Of a stretch of DNA of 32,000 nt, positions 24,616 through 32,000 are shown piece by piece (within the stretch, counting starts at the first letter, position 1; each line of letters opens with the position of its first letter). The DNA is from Pseudodesulfovibrio piezophilus C1TLV30 (GTDB lineage: Bacteria; Desulfobacterota; Desulfovibrionia; Desulfovibrionales; Desulfovibrionaceae), in assembly GCF_000341895.1 (NCBI RefSeq), contig NC_020409.1, positions 2,790,001 to 2,822,000 of the forward strand. Direction: 5' to 3'. The position numbers were made by a program, and so were the translations under genes. The notes under the pieces are model-generated. The model did no database searches. It saw only the letters and a program-made list of their open reading frames with translations, and was not told the origin of the DNA.

Positions 24616-24705
24616 CGCGTTCTCCTCACCGTGTTTCCGAAGGGGAGAGCGTCTTTTTCTCAATTAATTCTCAGGAGATTCAAACGGATCATGCCTCTGG
24701 CGATG

Positions 24706-24963
24706 CTAGGCGTCATTCAAGAGTTTTTTTGCAATGTCAAGATCGTAGAGGGCCAGGGGATTGCGGCCGGTTTCACGTTCTTTGTACATTGCGGCAGCCT
24801 GTTGGATGGCTGGATAGGGAACCCATTGATGTTTTTCCCAGATGACTGGTTCAGAGGGATTATAGAGGCGGAATTCTATGGTACCGTTGTTTTCTCGAAC
24901 GTACATATGTACTTCGGGGTGTTGCAGGGACGGAGTATAGTAGGTGCCACGTTCATCTTTCAT
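24706..24963 (-). CDS. hypothetical protein (85 aa), translationally coupled to the upstream YkgJ-type gene
   Basis: There is an ATGA start/stop overlap with the upstream gene (24960-24963), and GGGAGAT lies upstream. No family recognised. Confidence 0.55.
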   Translation of the reverse strand: MKDERGTYYTPSLQHPEVHMYVRENNGTIEFRLYNPSEPVIWEKHQWVPYPAIQQAAAMYKERETGRNPLALYDLDIAKKLLNDA

Positions 24964-25640
24964 TCTTTATCTCCCTGGGCAAATCCGAATCGGATCGAGT
25001 CGCCCACTTCATATACATTGATATTCATTGTCCGAAGCAAAACCCGCAATGGTCTGCCAAAAAGAAAGTCTGTTGTGTCTGCTGCCATGCCACTTTTTTC
25101 CGTCACCAGTCGGCGAAGTTCGCGGTCGAAGAGCACCATCTCCATGAGATCGGCTCCGGCTGGCGCATTGCCCTCACGCGCTTTTTTTGCCGTCTCTTCC
25201 ATGAGCAGGGGATTACATTTGGCATTATGCTCTTCGATAAGTTCCAGAAGCGGATGTCCTTTTGGCAGGAGATCCGATCGGGTCAGCCTCTCCTTGTCAT
25301 ATATGGCGGCAAGGGGGGCTGTATCACGGCAAAAAAGTTCTTCGCACTCAATCGGTCGGGTGTCGTACATGCCGCATGCCCGTCCTTCTGGACTGTAAAA
25401 GGTGCAGGTCCATTTGCCGTCGCGCCCTTTGATCTTGAGTATTTCCTCTGTCAATGGGAGGACGTTCTCAGCTATTTGGTCATAGGCACGCTCTCCGGGC
25501 CTGAGGGTCACTATGTCGGCAAGCGGGATAGTGCCATCTTCTATGAGAGGCAAATCCTGGGCATGCAAAGCCGGTCCCCCATTGCGGCAACAGTCTCCGC
25601 AACGTCGGCATCCTGTGGTGTTATCATTTGAATTTTGCAA
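24960..25640 (-). CDS. YkgJ-family (CxxCxxCC, UPF0153) cysteine-cluster protein
   Basis: CRRCGDCC lies near the N-terminus, with further Cys residues downstream. Only TTG starts are available in frame (25658 or 25640). I chose 25640 because GAGGAG lies 10 nt upstream of it. Confidence 0.7.
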   Translation of the reverse strand: MQNSNDNTTGCRRCGDCCRNGGPALHAQDLPLIEDGTIPLADIVTLRPGERAYDQIAENVLPLTEEILKIKGRDGKWTCTFYSPEGRACGMYDTRPIECEELFCRDTAPLAAIYDKERLTRSDLLPKGHPLLELIEEHNAKCNPLLMEETAKKAREGNAPAGADLMEMVLFDRELRRLVTEKSGMAADTTDFLFGRPLRVLLRTMNINVYEVGDSIRFGFAQGDKE

Positions 25641-26014
25641 GTTTGTGTTGCTCCTCAAATCCTTTTCGGGTATCGATTATTTCGGTCCATAACCTGCTGC
25701 CAAGGACCGATACTCTGCCTAGGCTGCAATGGCAAGTCAAAGCATGGTCGAATAGAACTGGTCGCAGGGCGGGCGTTGGGCCTGCAAGGTGAGGATTGGC
25801 AATGCTTTTTGGGCAATTACCGGTTGACAGAAAACCGGAGTGTCCAGTACATTGACGACCCTGCATACCTTGTGAATAGTGGCGCAAATGTCCTGTTCAA
25901 CGCATAAATGCGTAATGTAGCAAAGGTGTCCGGGCTCCGGGATTATATCCTGTTGCAGGCCCGGATTATAATGGTTGATGGCAACATCTTAATCAAACAA
26001 TGGAGGTTAAGGGA

Positions 26015-27334
26015 ATGGCGAAACACAAAACTCCTCTGTTGGATCAGCTGGAAAGCGGCCCGTGGCCCAGCTTTGTATCCGACATCAAGTGGGAGGCTGA
26101 AAACCGAGCCAAGAATGAAAAAGGTCTTGACTACCAGGTAGCAGTTGACTGCCCTGAAGATCTGCTCGGCGTTCTTGAAATGTCTTACACCGATGGTGAG
26201 ACTCACTGGAAACACGGCGGCATCGTCGGTGTCTTCGGTTACGGCGGCGGCGTTATTGGCCGTTACTGTGACCAGCCCGAAATGTTCCCCGGCGTGGCTC
26301 ACTTCCACACTGTTCGCGTGGCTCAGCCCATGGGCATGTGGTACAAGACCGACTTCCTGCGCTCCTTGATGGACATCTGGGACCTGCGCGGTTCCGGTCT
26401 GACCAACATGCACGGCGCCACCGGTGACGTTGTCCTGCTTGGTACATCCACCCCGCAGCTCGAAGAAATCTTCTGGGAACTGACCCACAATCTGGACGCC
26501 GACCTCGGTGGTTCCGGCTCCAACCTGCGTACTCCTGCTTCCTGCATGGGTATGTCTCGTTGCGAGTATGCTTGTTACGATGCTCAGGAGCTTTGCTACA
26601 ACCTGACCATGGAATACCAGGATGAGCTGCACCGTCCTGCATTCCCGTACAAGTTCAAATTCAAGTTTGATGGTTGCCCCAACGGTTGTGTCGCATCCAT
26701 CGCTCGTTCCGACATGGCCTTTATTGGTACCTTCAAGGGTGCTATCAAGATCGATCAGGAAGTTGTTGCAGCTTATGTTGGTGGCGAAATCGCTCCTAAC
26801 GCAGGTGCTCATGCCGGTCGTGACTGGGGTGCTTTCGACATCAAGAAAGAAGTTGTCGACCTGTGCCCGTCCCAGTGCCTGTCCTACGAGGACGGAAAAC
26901 TGGTCATGGATCACAAAGAATGTGTCCGTTGCATGCACTGCATCAACACCATGCCTCAGGCCCTGAAGATTGGTGATGAGCGTGGGCTCTCCATCTTGTG
27001 CGGCGCTAAAGCTCCGATCCTCGACGGTCCCCAGATGGGTTCCCTGCTCGTTCCCTTCATCGAAGCCGATAAGGATGACGATTTCCAGGCCATCAAGGAC
27101 ATCATTGAAAACGTTTGGGACTGGTGGATGGACGAAGGTAAGAACCGTGAGCGTATCGGTGAAACCATGAAGCGTCTGGGCTTTGCTGCCCTGGCTGATG
27201 CCGCTGGCATCGCCGCTGATCCCCGCCACGTTCAGGAACCCCGCCACAACCCCTACATCTTCTGGAAAGCTGATGATGTTAAGGGTGGTTGGGACCGTGA
27301 TCTTGCTGCTTTCCGTGAACGCCACCAGCGCTAA
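26015..27334 (+). CDS. dsrA: dissimilatory sulfite reductase alpha subunit
   Basis: MAKHKTPLLDQLESGPWPSFVSDIKWEAENRAKNEKGLDYQV... is near-collinear with Desulfovibrio vulgaris DsrA as I remember it. The siroheme/[4Fe-4S] motifs are CMGMSRC...CPNGC and the ferredoxin motif is CVRCMHC. GGAGG lies 8 nt upstream of ATG 26015; the track start at 26000 is too early. Confidence 0.95.
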   Translation: MAKHKTPLLDQLESGPWPSFVSDIKWEAENRAKNEKGLDYQVAVDCPEDLLGVLEMSYTDGETHWKHGGIVGVFGYGGGVIGRYCDQPEMFPGVAHFHTVRVAQPMGMWYKTDFLRSLMDIWDLRGSGLTNMHGATGDVVLLGTSTPQLEEIFWELTHNLDADLGGSGSNLRTPASCMGMSRCEYACYDAQELCYNLTMEYQDELHRPAFPYKFKFKFDGCPNGCVASIARSDMAFIGTFKGAIKIDQEVVAAYVGGEIAPNAGAHAGRDWGAFDIKKEVVDLCPSQCLSYEDGKLVMDHKECVRCMHCINTMPQALKIGDERGLSILCGAKAPILDGPQMGSLLVPFIEADKDDDFQAIKDIIENVWDWWMDEGKNRERIGETMKRLGFAALADAAGIAADPRHVQEPRHNPYIFWKADDVKGGWDRDLAAFRERHQR

Positions 27335-27352
27335 ATATTGGAGGAAAATAAC

Positions 27353-28498
27353 ATGGCTTTCATTTCTTCCGGATACAATCCAAGCAAACCGATGGAAGGT
27401 CGCATCTCCGACATCGGTCCTCGCCACTTCAGCGAGTTCCTGCCCCCGGTCATTGCGAAAAACTTCGGTAAGTGGGAATACCACGAGATCCTCGAGCCGG
27501 GCGTTCTGTGCCACACAGCAGAATCCGGCGACAAGGCATACACCGTTCGTTGCGGTTCCGCCCGTTTGGTCTCCGTTTCCTACGTTCGTGAACTGTGTGA
27601 TATCGCCGACAAATTCTGCGGCGGACATCTCCGTTTCACCACTCGTAACAACGTCGAATTCATCCTCGACGACAAACAGGCTGCCCTGGACCTGAAGGCA
27701 TACCTCAACAGCCAGAAGTTTGAGGGTGGTTCTTACAAGTTCCCGGTCGGCGGTACCGGCGCTGGTGTGACCAATATTGTTCACACTCAGGGTTGGGTCC
27801 ACTGCCACACTCCCGCAACTGACGCTTCCGGTACTGTCAAGGTCACCATGGATGCTGTCTTCGACCAGTTCCAGGACATGAAGCTGCCCGCTCCTGTGCG
27901 CATCTCCATGGCTTGCTGCCTGAACATGTGCGGCGCTGTTCACTGCTCTGACATCGCAATTCTCGGTGTTCACCGCAAACCGCCCCTCATTGACCACGAG
28001 TACCTGGACAACCTTTGTGAAATTCCTTTGGCCGTTGCTGCCTGCCCCACCGGCGCAGTCCGCCCGACCAAAGTCGAGCTTGAAGGCAAGACCTACAAGA
28101 CCGTTGCTATTAAGGAAGAGCGCTGCATGTTCTGTGGTAACTGCTACACCATGTGCCCCTCCCTGCCTCTGTCTGATGGTGAAGGCGACGGAATCGCGAT
28201 CATGGTTGGTGGAAAGATCTCCAACCGTATCACCAAACCTTCCTTCTCCAAGGTCGTTGTGCCTTTCGTCCCGAACGAACCGCCCCGTTGGCCTACAATG
28301 ACCAAGGTCATCAAGAAGATCCTGGAAGTGTACGCTGAAGAGGCCAATAAATACGAACGCCTGGGCGACTGGGCCAACCGTATTGGCTGGGAACGTTTCT
28401 TCGAGAAGTGCGAGCTGGAATTCTCCGCTCACCTGATCGATGATTTCCGTGATCCGGCTTACTACACCTGGCGTCAGACCACTCAGTTCAAGTGGTAA
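27353..28498 (+). CDS. dsrB: dissimilatory sulfite reductase beta subunit
   Basis: [52 protein letters not shown]... and the C-terminal [19 protein letters not shown] match Desulfovibrio DsrB. The ferredoxin motif is [21 protein letters not shown]. The track start at TTG 27338 is rejected. Confidence 0.95.
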   Translation: MAFISSGYNPSKPMEGRISDIGPRHFSEFLPPVIAKNFGKWEYHEILEPGVLCHTAESGDKAYTVRCGSARLVSVSYVRELCDIADKFCGGHLRFTTRNNVEFILDDKQAALDLKAYLNSQKFEGGSYKFPVGGTGAGVTNIVHTQGWVHCHTPATDASGTVKVTMDAVFDQFQDMKLPAPVRISMACCLNMCGAVHCSDIAILGVHRKPPLIDHEYLDNLCEIPLAVAACPTGAVRPTKVELEGKTYKTVAIKEERCMFCGNCYTMCPSLPLSDGEGDGIAIMVGGKISNRITKPSFSKVVVPFVPNEPPRWPTMTKVIKKILEVYAEEANKYERLGDWANRIGWERFFEKCELEFSAHLIDDFRDPAYYTWRQTTQFKW

Positions 28499-28511
28499 GA
28501 TAATAAGTTCA

Positions 28512-28544
28512 GGGGTACGGCATTGAGCCGTACCCCGACTTTTT
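28512..28544 (+). terminator. terminator-like hairpin inside the dsr operon (between dsrB and dsrD)
   Basis: Perfect 10-bp stem GGGGTACGGC (28512-28521) / GCCGTACCCC (28527-28536), loop ATTGA, then GAC and T5. Confidence 0.5.
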
Positions 28545-28561
28545 AAAAGAAGGAGTCCATC

Positions 28562-28810
28562 ATGGCACTCGATCCTGAAGCTGCAAAAGCTGAAATTATT
28601 GCTTTTTGTGAGTCGAAGTCTAAGAACAAATCCAAGTTCTACTTCAATGACTTCTCGAAGCTTTTCCCTGATGAGAAGACTCGTGCAGTCAAAAAGCTCC
28701 TGACCCAGTTGGTTCAGGAAGAAAAAATGGTGTTCTGGTCCTCTGGGTCCACCACCATGTACGGCCTGGCCGGTGCCGGCAAGCAGGCTGCTTCCGAAGG
28801 CGAAGACTAG
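28562..28810 (+). CDS. dsrD: DsrD, small winged-helix protein of the dissimilatory sulfite reductase system
   Basis: 82 aa with KSKFYFNDFSKLFPD...VFWSSGSTTMYGLAGAGKQAA, matching the conserved DsrD core. AAGGAG RBS. Confidence 0.93.
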   Translation: MALDPEAAKAEIIAFCESKSKNKSKFYFNDFSKLFPDEKTRAVKKLLTQLVQEEKMVFWSSGSTTMYGLAGAGKQAASEGED

Positions 28811-28835
28811 ATCTTTCGCCCATTCGGGAATTCAG

Positions 28836-28871
28836 GCCTTGCCCGTCATAGAGCCGGGCAAGGCTTTTCTT
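28836..28871 (+). terminator. rho-independent terminator after dsrD
   Basis: Perfect 10-bp stem GCCTTGCCCG (28836-28845) / CGGGCAAGGC (28855-28864), then TTTTCTT. Confidence 0.7.
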
Positions 28872-29020
28872 GATTCTGGAGCCGGATACAGGCAGTCTCT
28901 TTCCGGAAGAGTCCCAATTCGGCAAAAAAAGCAATCGCGAAACGGAATTTCCCTCCACTTTTCTTGATTTCACCCCGTTTCGACTGGTCTTATCAGGCCG
29001 TTACTTCAGGCATAAATCAC

Positions 29021-30424
29021 GTGTCATATTCAACTCCACGATTCATCCTCGCCGGGCTTTCCGGTGGCACAGGTAAGACAATTGTCTCCCTCGGTCTCGC
29101 ACGCGCTTTCACCCGCCGTGGTTTGAAAGTCGCCCCATTTAAAAAGGGACCGGATTATATTGATGCCAAATGGCTCGGGCTGGCAGCGGGCTGTGCGTGT
29201 TCGAATCTCGATCCATATTTTCATACAGATGCAATCCTGCATTCTCTGCTTTGGCATAAGGCAGAAGGACGGGATATTTCTCTCATAGAAGGGAACCGTG
29301 GTCTTTTTGACGGAAAAGATGAGCGAGGCTCCTGTTCGACGGCAGAGCTGGCTCGGATGTTGGAGACCCCGGTCATTCTGACCATTGATTGCACCAAGAT
29401 GACACGCACGGTTGCCGCTATTGTCCAGGGATGTGTCGGATTTGAATCCGGTATGCAGTTGGCCGGTGTCATCCTCAATCGAACTGCGGGAGAGCGCCAT
29501 CGTTCCATTTTATCAAAAAGTATAGAAACTCATACGGATATTCCAGTGCTGGGCATGCTGCCCAAGGTGGCCCACAATCCGATCCCCGAGCGTCATATGG
29601 GCTTGATGTCGGATCAGGAATATGATGGGGCGGTCTATGGTAATGAGCAAAAAGCCCTTGAGAGCATAGCTGATTTAGCAGAGGAGTGGCTTGATCTCGA
29701 TGCCATTGCTGGAATAGCCAGAAGTGCTCCTGATATTGCTTCGCCGGAAAAGGCTTTGTTTCCAGATGCTTCCAGCAAGGGAAAAGTTCGTATTGGGTAT
29801 GTTCATGATGCAGCACTTTGGTTTTACTATCCGGAGAATCTTGAGGCGTTAGAGCATGCTGGTGCAGAGTTGGTTCGTCTCAGTCTGTTGTCGGGTGCGC
29901 CGTGGCCTGAGTTGGATGGATTGTATCTGGGTGGAGGTTTTCCGGAGATGTTCGCTCAACGTATTTCTGAAAATACAATGGCACTTCAGGCCATCAAAAT
30001 GTTGGCGGTGTCAGGGCGACCTATTTATGCGGAATGTGGCGGCTTTATGGTTCTATGTGATTTCCTGGAGTATGGCGGACACACCTTCCCTATGACAGGG
30101 GTCTTTCCTGTGGGGACCACATTTTGCGAGCGGCCACAAGGTTTGGGGTATACAGAAGCCGTTTCAATCAGGGAAACTCCTTTCTATTCTGAAGGAGCGG
30201 TGGTCCGAGGACATGAATTTCATTATTCCGTCTGCCTCGATCATGCATCTAAAGAGCTTGATTTTACAATGAAAATGCTCCGAGGCAAGGGGATTTTAGA
30301 AAGCCAAGACGGACTCCTTTATCAAAAGACGCTTGCGGGGTATAATCATACCCATGCTCTGGCCGTTCCTGATTGGGCACCTCGTTTTGTTGCAGCGGCC
30401 CAAAGCGGAAAGGAGCTTTCTTGA
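29021..30424 (+). CDS. dsrN: cobyrinate a,c-diamide synthase family amidotransferase, DsrN-type (putative siroheme amidase)
   Basis: P-loop ILAGLSGGTGKTIVSLGLARAF, with a CbiA/CobB-type body and a C-terminal glutamine amidotransferase part (YAECGGFMVL). The position directly after dsrABD is the classical Desulfovibrio arrangement. The start is uncertain: the track gives TTG 28964, and I prefer the in-frame GTG 29021 (MSYSTPRFILAG). Confidence 0.8.
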   Translation: MSYSTPRFILAGLSGGTGKTIVSLGLARAFTRRGLKVAPFKKGPDYIDAKWLGLAAGCACSNLDPYFHTDAILHSLLWHKAEGRDISLIEGNRGLFDGKDERGSCSTAELARMLETPVILTIDCTKMTRTVAAIVQGCVGFESGMQLAGVILNRTAGERHRSILSKSIETHTDIPVLGMLPKVAHNPIPERHMGLMSDQEYDGAVYGNEQKALESIADLAEEWLDLDAIAGIARSAPDIASPEKALFPDASSKGKVRIGYVHDAALWFYYPENLEALEHAGAELVRLSLLSGAPWPELDGLYLGGGFPEMFAQRISENTMALQAIKMLAVSGRPIYAECGGFMVLCDFLEYGGHTFPMTGVFPVGTTFCERPQGLGYTEAVSIRETPFYSEGAVVRGHEFHYSVCLDHASKELDFTMKMLRGKGILESQDGLLYQKTLAGYNHTHALAVPDWAPRFVAAAQSGKELS

Positions 30425-30453
30425 AAGACCTGTCATGAATGAAAAGTGAGAAT

Positions 30454-32000
30454 ATGGAATATTTCAAAAAACTATACGAAAAACGAGGTGGACAGGGCGC
30501 TCCGGCTCCTTCTTTTACCACAGATTGGCCGTGGCTGATCCTTTATGGAGCGTGCGTCTATTTGGTCGTTTTCTTTTTCAGATTCGGGTTTGCCGACCGG
30601 TGGGATGCCTCTGAATTATGGGTCAATGGGGAACGGATTCTTGCTACCCATGATGCCTATTTCTGGTTGGCAAAAGCCAAGGGCATAGGGAGTCTTGCCG
30701 GGTATCCGCTTGCTCAGGCCGCCCACTTCATACACTCTGTCACTGGTGTGGGACTGGGAACGCTCGGCTTTTGGGCCCCCGCTTTCATGGGAGCTTGTGT
30801 CGGAGTTATCTGTTTCCTGTGGGGCTGGCTTATCAGCGGCAAACAGGGCGGTATCATTGCGGGTGTCATTGGGAGTCTCACTCCTGGCTTCTTCTATAGA
30901 AGCCGTTTGGGATACTTTGATACGGATATGTTCACGCTGCTTATGCCCATGTTCGTTGCATGGCTTTTGGCCGTATGGTCCTTGAATCATACTCGGTTTT
31001 CCTGGGACTGGGAAGGAGGCGCAGAAGAGAACTCTCGACAAAGCCGCATGAAGTTCGGGTTGTGGCAGGCTTTCTCCTTTGGTGTTCTCACCCGATTCTG
31101 TCTTGTCTGGCATATTGATATCGCAAATGTCTGTGTTTTATATTTCCTTTTCACCACCGTCTATGTGTTAGTTCGTGGAGAAAAAGGGCAGAGGACACAC
31201 GCTATTCATGAGTTGGGCATCTTTATGCTGGCTGCTTTTCCGGGAGCGGCGTACGGGCAGCTCTGGCTTTTCCCTTCATTGTATGCGCCGTTTACCCATC
31301 TTTTCCAGGTGACGCCGTTTATTTATTCAACAATTATGGGAATTGGCTTCGCTCTTCTTTATCTGATTGCTGTGAACATTGGTCGTTCCAGAAACTCGTC
31401 CTGGGTCAAAAATCCGATACTCTGTGGTGCCATTTTTTTGGTGTTGATCTATTTGGTGAATCTTATTGTTGCACCCTTCCCAGCCATTTTTGAAAAACTT
31501 GCAGGATACCTGACTCCCACAGCCCCGCATGGGGAGGCAAGTGGGACGGAAGCCCTTGGTCCGATTTATCCGTCCATTGTCCAGAGCATCATAGAGGCAA
31601 AAAGAGTTGCGCTTTCAATTATTCTTGAGAGAGGGTTGTTTGAAGCATGGCTTGGAGGGCTTGCGTTATTGATGACTGTGGGCGTTGTCATTGTCCGTCC
31701 TGTTGCAGTCTTTTTATTGCCGTTGATCGTGTTACATCTTGCCAGTGTCAAGCTGGGGGTCCGGTTCTCCATGTTTGGCGGTGCTGCGTTGAGTGTTTGC
31801 TTTGGCGTTGGGGTTTACTGGATTTCTAAGAAGGCTTTTTCCGGTTTGCCTCTCAAAAAATGGTTCATCCTTGGTTCCCAATGCCTGGTTGCCGCGCTTT
31901 TTCTCTGGTTTATTCATGGGCGGTATTCAAAGATTCCGCTCACCCCTGTTATCCCTGCTCTTCATGCGGAAGCGCTGGTTGAGTTGGCGGCGCATTCCTC
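30454..32000 (+). CDS. STT3/PglB-family oligosaccharyltransferase, N-terminal membrane domain (runs off the right edge)
   Basis: Not in the ORF track because it has no stop. By hand translation the frame is open from ATG 30454 to 32000. The protein is polytopic: MEYFKKLYEKRGG...WPWLILYGACVYLVVFFFRFGF... It has acidic loop motifs HDAYFW and SRLGYFDTDMFTLLMPMF (compare the GYYDTDML DxD motif of Campylobacter PglB) and PSIVQSIIEAK (SVSE/TIXE-type motif). The WWDYG catalytic motif would lie beyond the window. Confidence 0.7.
   Translation, partial: MEYFKKLYEKRGGQGAPAPSFTTDWPWLILYGACVYLVVFFFRFGFADRWDASELWVNGERILATHDAYFWLAKAKGIGSLAGYPLAQAAHFIHSVTGVGLGTLGFWAPAFMGACVGVICFLWGWLISGKQGGIIAGVIGSLTPGFFYRSRLGYFDTDMFTLLMPMFVAWLLAVWSLNHTRFSWDWEGGAEENSRQSRMKFGLWQAFSFGVLTRFCLVWHIDIANVCVLYFLFTTVYVLVRGEKGQRTHAIHELGIFMLAAFPGAAYGQLWLFPSLYAPFTHLFQVTPFIYSTIMGIGFALLYLIAVNIGRSRNSSWVKNPILCGAIFLVLIYLVNLIVAPFPAIFEKLAGYLTPTAPHGEASGTEALGPIYPSIVQSIIEAKRVALSIILERGLFEAWLGGLALLMTVGVVIVRPVAVFLLPLIVLHLASVKLGVRFSMFGGAALSVCFGVGVYWISKKAFSGLPLKKWFILGSQCLVAALFLWFIHGRYSKIPLTPVIPALHAEALVELAAHS

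Noticed and set aside
24631-25398. 255-aa + strand ORF
   Set aside because: It is antisense to the YkgJ-type gene and the 85-aa ORF. Its Ser/Arg-rich composition is typical of shadow frames. The minus-strand genes have motifs, an RBS and translational coupling.
25870-25889. Rex-like operator half-site TTGTGAA upstream of dsrA
   Set aside because: The left half matches the TTGTGAAnnnnnnTTCACAA consensus. The right half (CGCAAAT) matches only about 3 of 7 positions, which is not enough to call a Rex site.
25943-28432. 829-aa ORF on the minus strand spanning all of dsrA and most of dsrB
   Set aside because: Its codon triplets coincide exactly with the dsrA and dsrB triplets. The offsets 28430-26015 and 28430-27353 are both multiples of 3. 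It therefore stays open simply because the highly biased dsr genes never use TTA, CTA or TCA, whose reverse complements are the stop codons. The translation is low-complexity (V/G/D/T/A-rich) with no recognisable domain. The + strand genes are unambiguous.
28964-29020. TTG start for dsrN given by the ORF track
   Set aside because: There is no RBS, and the extension would add 19 residues ahead of the normal CbiA N-terminus. GTG 29021 is preferred, but the start remains uncertain.
1-32000. Search by eye for CRISPR arrays, IS elements/transposases, toxin-antitoxin pairs, retron/reverse transcriptase, rRNA
   Set aside because: I saw no regularly spaced repeat array, no transposase-like ORF with terminal inverted repeats, no small adjacent gene pairs of TA type, and no RT motif. 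The only mobile-element signature is the tRNA-Leu island.

Overview
This looks like a chromosomal segment from a sulfate-reducing, Desulfovibrio-type bacterium. The diagnostic feature is the dsrA-dsrB-dsrD-dsrN cluster at 26.0-30.4 kb. The taxon is my inference from protein sequences I recognise, not from a database search.

Layout:
- 1-10.3 kb: ordinary core genes. They encode a partial AsmA protein, a DUF4197 protein, an ASKHA/DUF1786-like protein, a lipase-like hydrolase, a cheX plus HEAT-repeat response-regulator operon, an MBL-fold hydrolase, an AEC transporter, one unknown protein and a DUF554 membrane protein.
- 10.35-19.4 kb: an approximately 8.9-kb integrative element inserted at the 3' end of tRNA-Leu(CAA). 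It carries a P4-type tyrosine integrase, an AT-rich ORF of unknown function, AlpA and a Replicase-family initiator. On the opposite strand it carries a 1630-aa single-polypeptide Type ISP restriction-modification enzyme. The element is bounded by a degenerate copy of the tRNA 3' end and has an 11-mer (TGTGAGTAGAT) repeated near both ends.
- 19.4-32 kb: a CHASE-PAS-PAS-GGDEF sensor, a methyl-accepting chemotaxis protein, a long non-coding gap, a YkgJ-type Cys-cluster protein with a coupled small ORF, the dsr operon, and a partial PglB/STT3-like oligosaccharyltransferase.

I saw no rRNA, CRISPR array, IS transposase or obvious pseudogene.

I did not find convincing evidence for a completely new multi-gene system. 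The best candidates for novelty are all in or around the island: the unknown ORF between int and alpA, the degenerate repeats and alternating-CG tracts flanking the Type ISP gene, and the minimal int-alpA-rep chassis carrying one defence gene. A possible structured RNA at 24.2-24.7 kb is a further candidate.

All coordinates were counted by hand from the printed sequence. No homology searches were possible.
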